Origin: a virus
Taxonomy: Duplodnaviria; Caudoviricetes
DNA: 64,000 bases
Virus record (IMG/VR): IMGVR_UViG_3300037067_011362
Location: 3,281 to 67,280 of that record
Direction: 5' to 3' (one strand)
Positions within the stretch are counted from its first letter, which is position 1; every line of letters starts with the position of its first letter. The notes beneath the pieces were generated by a model. The model was not told the origin of the DNA and did no database searches. It saw only the letters and a list, made by a program, of their open reading frames with translations. Both the position numbers and the translations under genes were made by a program. Shown here piece after piece: positions 58,283 through 64,000 of the stretch.

Positions 58283-59857
58283 ATGGCACGCGGAAGTATC
58301 GCGTTTGACATGAGCTCCGATCCGGGAGAATTCACTGAGGCAACTGAGGCTTTCGCAAAGCGGAGAGTCATCAGTCGAGAGGAAGCTGACCTGATCGAAG
58401 GTTACGCTAGACAGCGAGCATTTTGGATCTCAGGTGTGGCCCAAATGGACGTCGTGAATGACGCCCACGAGTCACTGCTTCAGGCCATCAAAAACGGCAC
58501 TTCGTTTAGAGATTGGAAGAAGGAAATTGGTCCCAAGCTAGAGAAAGCCTGGGGACGCAAGGACTCCGCGCGCCTATCCACCATCTACCAGAACGCTACG
58601 CTTCAAGCGTACAACGCTGGGCGGTGGGAGCAAATGCGCCAGCCGCGCTCGATGGCTATGCGCCCCTACGGCGAATTTGATGGAGTGCGTGACTCGAGGC
58701 AGACCGATATTTGCCTCAAGTGCGACGGGACACGGTTACCACTCACTGACCCGTGGTGGCTAACTCACTCGCCCATGTTGCATCATAGATGCCGCAGTGC
58801 GATTCGCACACAACGGACCGCTGACGCCGAAAAGAAGGGGATAACGAATGCTCCCCCACCCGATGTCCCAGAGGGCCAGTGGGGTCTAGCTCCGGGCTTG
58901 GCAGAGATACCCAAGCCGGTAGATCGCAAGACTCCACCCGATCCGGTAATTCACCGAGAGCTCTACCTCAAGAAGCTTGACGATGAGAAGCGGCGTAAGC
59001 CAGTCAAGATCAAGCTCAAGAAAGAGCACGATCCGAAGCACTGGGAAGAGCAATACCGCGAGAAGTACGGCGATTCGGCTGCGCAAGTTGGCTATGGTCG
59101 AGCTCTACACGAGCGAGCCAAGAGCATTAGTGCAAAAGAGGCCCTGGAGATTATTGATGGCCTTCCAGCGGCCAAGTCCAGGATTGGGATATCGAAGGGG
59201 CAACTAGATAGTCTGGTGGCTGAAACCAAGCTGTCGAATTCCTGGGACGATCTGAACACGGCACCGAAACTTATGGCATCCCATGCCAGGCTATGCGGAT
59301 CTAGAACTGTACCGGCAATGGAGTACGCCGGAGGGACCGCGACCAAACCGGCTCGCGAAGCCGTCGAATCGTTTTACGGTTCGTTTGTGTCTCCTAAGAT
59401 CCACCTTCCAGAGAAAACCTACTGGGACATGCTCCAAGAGCACGAGACCCAGCGCTCTAACTGGTCACCTGCGTTCGACATTGTGAGCCTGTCGAAAGAC
59501 TACGACGCTGGAGTTGCGGTTCACGAGTACGGACACGCCGTCGAGACAATGGGCAGCCTAAGCTCCAAGTCGAGGGCATTCATCCGATCCAGGACCAGGG
59601 GCGAGAGCCTAGTTAGGCTGGACTCGTATCCGGGGCGCGGATATCGACCGGACGAGCTGACTAGGCCGGACAAGTTTTACGACCCCTACATCGGCAAAGA
59701 CTACGCTGAATTCAAGCTTGAATCCGGGGAGATAGCGACTTGTACCGAGCTGGTTTCTACGGTTCTCGGAGATATCGCATCGGGCAAGGCTGAAGAGCTT
59801 TTGCGGCAAGACCCGGAGACCCTTTATTTCGTGCTAGGGTTGATGGCAGGTATCTAA
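58283..59857 (+). CDS. MuF (gp7-like) minor head protein with C-terminal HExxH metallopeptidase-like domain
   Basis: DSRQTDIC..DG...SPMLHHRCRS MuF motif; VHEYGHAVE with a downstream TELVS. Confidence 0.85.
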   Translation: MARGSIAFDMSSDPGEFTEATEAFAKRRVISREEADLIEGYARQRAFWISGVAQMDVVNDAHESLLQAIKNGTSFRDWKKEIGPKLEKAWGRKDSARLSTIYQNATLQAYNAGRWEQMRQPRSMAMRPYGEFDGVRDSRQTDICLKCDGTRLPLTDPWWLTHSPMLHHRCRSAIRTQRTADAEKKGITNAPPPDVPEGQWGLAPGLAEIPKPVDRKTPPDPVIHRELYLKKLDDEKRRKPVKIKLKKEHDPKHWEEQYREKYGDSAAQVGYGRALHERAKSISAKEALEIIDGLPAAKSRIGISKGQLDSLVAETKLSNSWDDLNTAPKLMASHARLCGSRTVPAMEYAGGTATKPAREAVESFYGSFVSPKIHLPEKTYWDMLQEHETQRSNWSPAFDIVSLSKDYDAGVAVHEYGHAVETMGSLSSKSRAFIRSRTRGESLVRLDSYPGRGYRPDELTRPDKFYDPYIGKDYAEFKLESGEIATCTELVSTVLGDIASGKAEELLRQDPETLYFVLGLMAGI

Positions 59858-60159
59858 TGGATCCTTGGGTTTTCAGCGACGGAACGAAGGTGAGCCTCGG
59901 CGGCGAGGTCTCCGGTGATTCCACGTTCGCGGTGATGCTCAAGGTTGACATTAGCGAGATCCGAACGGGTAAGCGTCGCCAGTCGAGCTTCTTTGGCCCT
60001 ACCAACGACTGCGTTACCCTAGACCTCGATGTGCCATACCTGCTCGATTCGTGGCTGGCTGGTGTACGCCCTGGATACGTAAAGCTCGTGTCTTATCCGG
60101 AGTTCGAGACGCCTTTGCTAGAGCCTGGCGAAGTGACTCCTGGGCAGACCATCTACTAG
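59857..60159 (+). CDS. Small protein coupled to MuF (candidate immunity protein)
   Basis: TAATG overlap with the MuF stop. Confidence 0.5.
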   Translation: MDPWVFSDGTKVSLGGEVSGDSTFAVMLKVDISEIRTGKRRQSSFFGPTNDCVTLDLDVPYLLDSWLAGVRPGYVKLVSYPEFETPLLEPGEVTPGQTIY

Positions 60160-60498
60160 CGCATGGCAAAAACTTCGGCGGCACCAAAACCAAGGCGCGT
60201 CCTGGTCGATGTGCCCGATCATTGGCTTCGATCTGGTCGCAAGAAAAGCAAGCCTCGACGATGCCTATCGGTGTCGCTAGCAGAGCGAGTTGTTTGGCGA
60301 CAGGTCGAACGCAGTGGGGGAAACGAACTATCTGACCCGCAAGGGTAACCCGTCGGCGGCAGTGTGCCGGTGTAAGTGAGCGCGAGCACGACGTAAAACA
60401 ACAGCGCTACCAATCTACCCCCAGCCATAGCTGGATAACCCACAACCTGACTTCTCACACCCTGCTCCCCTCGTTGGGCGCGGGGCGGACGTGTTTCC

Positions 60499-61914
60499 AT
60501 GGCAGTAACCCACAAGCTAGCATCAGCAGACACGCTGGAACTCTCTCTTATCGGCGCAATCGGCGACAACTGGGACGAGGAACCAATCACGGCTAAGGCC
60601 GTCAAGCGCGCACTGAAGGAAGCCCCGAATGCTTCGCTTATAAAGGCTTACGTCGAGTCTTTTGGTGGGTCGTACTTCGAAGGTCTCGCGATTTACCAGC
60701 TACTGAGTGAGCACCCGGCGCGAGTCGAGGTCGAGATCGGAGCGTGCGCAGCTTCTGCCGCGTCTCTCATCGCAATGGCCGGTGACTCCATATCGATGCA
60801 CGAGACGAGCACCATGTTGGTTCACGAGGTGTGGACCTTAGCGGTCGGGAAGGCTTCGGATCTCCGTAAGGAAGCCGACGATCTTGACCTGCTCTCTGGG
60901 CAAGCCGCTATCGCCTACTCGTCACGCACCGGGATGACCGTCGAGGCTACCGCGGCTCTCATGGCTGAGGATCGCTTCATGGGCGCTAATGAGGCCAAGC
61001 ACCTAGGTTTCTGCACCGAGATCCGAAAGTCGAAGCCGAAGGGCAAGAGCAACTCGGCTCCGATGACCGAGCGCCATGTGCGCTCACAACTCGCCGCGAT
61101 TCGGACAGAAGCCGAAGAGCGCGCGTCTGGCGAACGGCTCGCCGCGTCCGCTCCAAAGCCCACCGAACAGAATGACACCGATCCCTCAATGGGATCGGAA
61201 CCGACTCCGCAATCCAGCGAAGCCGCGACCGAAAACCAACCCCCGGCGCCAGCGGCTCCGGTGGCGATACCCCCGAAGGAAACGCAAATGACGTTTGCAC
61301 TGTCCCTCGCTGCCCTGGGTCTTCCCGAGGGAGCAACCGATTCAGAACTCAATGCCAAGATCACCGAGATCAAGGCCTCAGCTGACGCGGGCACCAAGCT
61401 CTGCGCCTCCCTAAAAGCCAAGTCTGCGGACGAGGCTCTGGGAACCATCGTGGCCCTACAGGCGAACGCCGCGCAGACCGACGGCGACGGTTACGTCAAG
61501 GTCATGTCCGCGCTAGGCGCGTCGTCTGCGGACGAAGCTCTTGGCATCGTGGAGGCCTTCAAGTCTGCCACAAGCCGACTTGCTGACACCGAGGCGCGGC
61601 TAGCCGATTTGGAGCTCAAGCAGACCACTGGTGAGCGCAATGAGTTGATCGCCAAGCTGCGGAGCGAAGGCAAGATCACGCCCGCCCAAGAGGAAACCGT
61701 CCTTCCTTCGATGAGCCTCGCAACGCTTCAGGCGTTCGCCAAGACGGCGGTTCCTGTGATGCGTGGAGACGGGAAGCGGGAGCCAACCAACAAGGGCTAC
61801 CAGGGCAAGCCTTACGACAAACTTACCAACGTCGAGCGCGCGGAACTGAAGCGCACCGATCCGGAAACCTTCAACCAACTGCGCCAGCAGGCGATCAACA
61901 GCGGCGCGCTCTAA
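60499..61914 (+). CDS. ClpP-type head maturation protease fused to scaffold
   Basis: ESFGGSYFEG, AASAASLIAMAG, MLVHE; C-terminal Mu gpI/Z-like scaffold with an internal RBS and ATG at 61288. Confidence 0.92.
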   Translation: MAVTHKLASADTLELSLIGAIGDNWDEEPITAKAVKRALKEAPNASLIKAYVESFGGSYFEGLAIYQLLSEHPARVEVEIGACAASAASLIAMAGDSISMHETSTMLVHEVWTLAVGKASDLRKEADDLDLLSGQAAIAYSSRTGMTVEATAALMAEDRFMGANEAKHLGFCTEIRKSKPKGKSNSAPMTERHVRSQLAAIRTEAEERASGERLAASAPKPTEQNDTDPSMGSEPTPQSSEAATENQPPAPAAPVAIPPKETQMTFALSLAALGLPEGATDSELNAKITEIKASADAGTKLCASLKAKSADEALGTIVALQANAAQTDGDGYVKVMSALGASSADEALGIVEAFKSATSRLADTEARLADLELKQTTGERNELIAKLRSEGKITPAQEETVLPSMSLATLQAFAKTAVPVMRGDGKREPTNKGYQGKPYDKLTNVERAELKRTDPETFNQLRQQAINSGAL

Positions 61915-61947
61915 GCGCGAACCAACAACAGGATTTTAGAGGTAAAA

Positions 61948-63222
61948 ATGGCCGTAACTTCAGTTTCTGACGTCACGCTCGACACGCAGATCGTTACCGA
62001 CGCCACCCGGAGCGCCGTCAAGGGCAAGCTCGGTGTTATGGGTTCGGTGCTTGTCACTGGTGGAGCCGTGCAGGTTTCCGATACCATGCCGCTTCGTGGG
62101 CGTGACTCCATTGGGCAAACCGTGCGCATTCCTCGCTGGGGATGCCTTGGAGAGTTCGAGAGCCTAACCGAGGCGCAGAGCCCAGCGCCACAGAAGATCA
62201 AGCTAGGCTACGAGGACGCCACAGTTTCGCGCAAGTCTATCGCGTTTGAAACGTCGACGTGGGCCAAGGGCTTGTCGGCGTCGAACGGTCAGGCGGATCC
62301 GTACCAAGTGCTCGCAGACGAGGCCGCTAAGAGTTCTCGCCGAGCAATGGACTCCAGCATGGTATCGGCTGGGTCTGCTAGCCCCATGGTCTACAACATC
62401 TACAGCGCTACCACCCCGAACTACCTGGGATGGGCTGACGTGTTGCAGGGCAAGGCTGTGAAGCTTGGCGACGAGAATGGTGACAATGTGGCCATGGCTA
62501 TTCATTCGCTGGTAGCCGCGACTTTCGCTCAGCAGACCGACGCCAATGGGCGACCACTGCTTAGCGATCCGCGTACCGGTGAAGGGCAAACCGTTTTTGG
62601 TGTCCCAGTCATCGTTAGTGACCGCATGCCGCTAACCGGTTCGACCATGGGAACCATGACCGGGCCGTTTACGACCGCAGCTGGCTCGTCCGCAGGTTCT
62701 GGCACAGCCACGTACACCATTGCAGTTACCGACGTCACCAAGATGGGCCCGTGGGAGCTTGTTATTGAGGGGCTCACAACGGCAGAATGCGGAACCGCTA
62801 CGATCCGATTCTCGACTGACGGTGGAGACACTTGGTCAGCCGCGATCACCACTGCGGCTAGCGGTAATGCTACTTCGCTGGTTGACACTACCGCCGACTC
62901 GCTCGTGGGTAACGATGGGTATACTGGGGTTTCGATCACCTTTACCAGTGGCGGGTCTTCCGCCGACGATATAAAGGATGGGGAATTCTACCGAAGCCGA
63001 GCGAACCTCTGCTGCGAGTCTCAGCTGTGGATGCCTGGGGCTGGTGGCTACTGGTACAATGGAGACGCACTTCGGCTCAAGGACGACGAGGACATTCTCG
63101 AAGACACCATGATCGGAGCGATGCATCTCTACGCGGCCGCGCACGTCTATCGCAAGCGCGGTGGCGGGTCGCGTCCCGGTGTCCTTCGGTTCAAGAGCAA
63201 CGTCCGTGGGTTCATCGGATAA
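61948..63222 (+). CDS. Major capsid protein (HK97 fold) with inserted beta-rich domain
   Basis: GQTVRIPRW, QTVFGVPVIVSDRMP, C-terminal DEDILEDTMIGAMHLY. Thr/Gly-rich insert at about 62632-63000. Confidence 0.9.
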   Translation: MAVTSVSDVTLDTQIVTDATRSAVKGKLGVMGSVLVTGGAVQVSDTMPLRGRDSIGQTVRIPRWGCLGEFESLTEAQSPAPQKIKLGYEDATVSRKSIAFETSTWAKGLSASNGQADPYQVLADEAAKSSRRAMDSSMVSAGSASPMVYNIYSATTPNYLGWADVLQGKAVKLGDENGDNVAMAIHSLVAATFAQQTDANGRPLLSDPRTGEGQTVFGVPVIVSDRMPLTGSTMGTMTGPFTTAAGSSAGSGTATYTIAVTDVTKMGPWELVIEGLTTAECGTATIRFSTDGGDTWSAAITTAASGNATSLVDTTADSLVGNDGYTGVSITFTSGGSSADDIKDGEFYRSRANLCCESQLWMPGAGGYWYNGDALRLKDDEDILEDTMIGAMHLYAAAHVYRKRGGGSRPGVLRFKSNVRGFIG

Positions 63223-63227
63223 CCGTC

Positions 63228-63756
63228 ATGGGAATGACGGCAGCACGTCTGCGGGAGAGGCGCGCACGGGAGATCCTGAATGCGCCGCGTCTCGTTGAGC
63301 CAAGGAACGTATCCGTTGCGGATCGGCTAACAGCTGCTCAGATTGAGATCCGAAAGCTGAATGCCAGAATCGCTGAGTTGGAAGCCGAGAAACCTGTTCT
63401 GGCTCCCCAACAAGAAGTTGTTGTAACTCAGCCGATCCAGGCGCAACCGATTCGACAAGATAGGCCACAGCAGAACCAAAAGTTTCGCCGTGGCTGATGC
63501 GTCGAACCATCGTAGATATTGCTTCCTCAAGATGAGATCGGCGCTTGCTGCGCAACTGGACAGCGAGGCTGTGTGGGATGGTAAGCGTCGATCTATCTCA
63601 GGTACAGCGATTCCGGTGGACTTCCCATCGCGAGAGAAACTCACAGCGTACTGCTACCTGGCTCTTGAAGAGCTAGCTGGCGCCGACGCTACTGAACTCA
63701 AGAAGGCTGGCCTCACCAGCGCACAAGCGGCCGCAGTGGTGGCCGCGATTGGATGA
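63228..63756 (+). CDS. Two small head-region proteins (63228..63497, 63490..63756)
   Basis: Coupled ORFs after the capsid gene. Confidence 0.55.
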
Positions 63757-63759
63757 CCA

Positions 63760-64000
63760 ATGTCTACAGATTTCATTTCAACCGATCGAGACCTGCGCGC
63801 CGAGTGCGGACTCCAGATCAAAGACTCCGCTGGGCTATTCACGGCCACTACGGTTGAGGGTGCTCTAGCGGAGCTTGGCGCTCTCAAGATCGGGAAGCGC
63901 ACGGTTACTGTCGGGCACGCCGACCTGACAACCGCGGCCGACAACACCGCACAGGTAGTCAGTATTGGAACCGCGCTACCCACCAACGCAGTCGTGATCA
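63760..64000 (+). CDS. Head decoration-like protein, truncated by window end
   Basis: FTATTVEGALAEL motif and ALPTNAVVI; open to the window end. Confidence 0.5.
   Translation, partial: MSTDFISTDRDLRAECGLQIKDSAGLFTATTVEGALAELGALKIGKRTVTVGHADLTTAADNTAQVVSIGTALPTNAVVI

Overview
The window is an almost complete, circularly permuted genome of a contractile-tailed (myovirus-type) dsDNA phage. It opens inside the tail-sheath gene and ends just after the major capsid gene. Layout: 1-21.4 kb (+) tail, baseplate, fibre, lysis and a second block of virion-like genes; 21.4-41.3 kb (-) early/accessory operons with SSB, a Sak4-like ATPase and a RecE-like exonuclease; a lambda-like divergent switch at about 41.0-41.4 kb; 41.4-64 kb (+) replication, DNA modification, terminase, portal, MuF, ClpP-type protease/scaffold and capsid. 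The Gly/Cys-rich lipoproteins hint at a Myxococcota-like host (inference only). The standout is a translationally coupled, array-less type IV-B-like CRISPR-Cas effector operon at 25385-30916 (-): Zn-finger-Cas6, csf1, cas11-like, csf2, csf3, radical SAM. A radical SAM enzyme occupies the slot normally held by CysH, and a Cas6 is present although I found no CRISPR array. Family assignments come from motif recognition by eye; no database searches were run.
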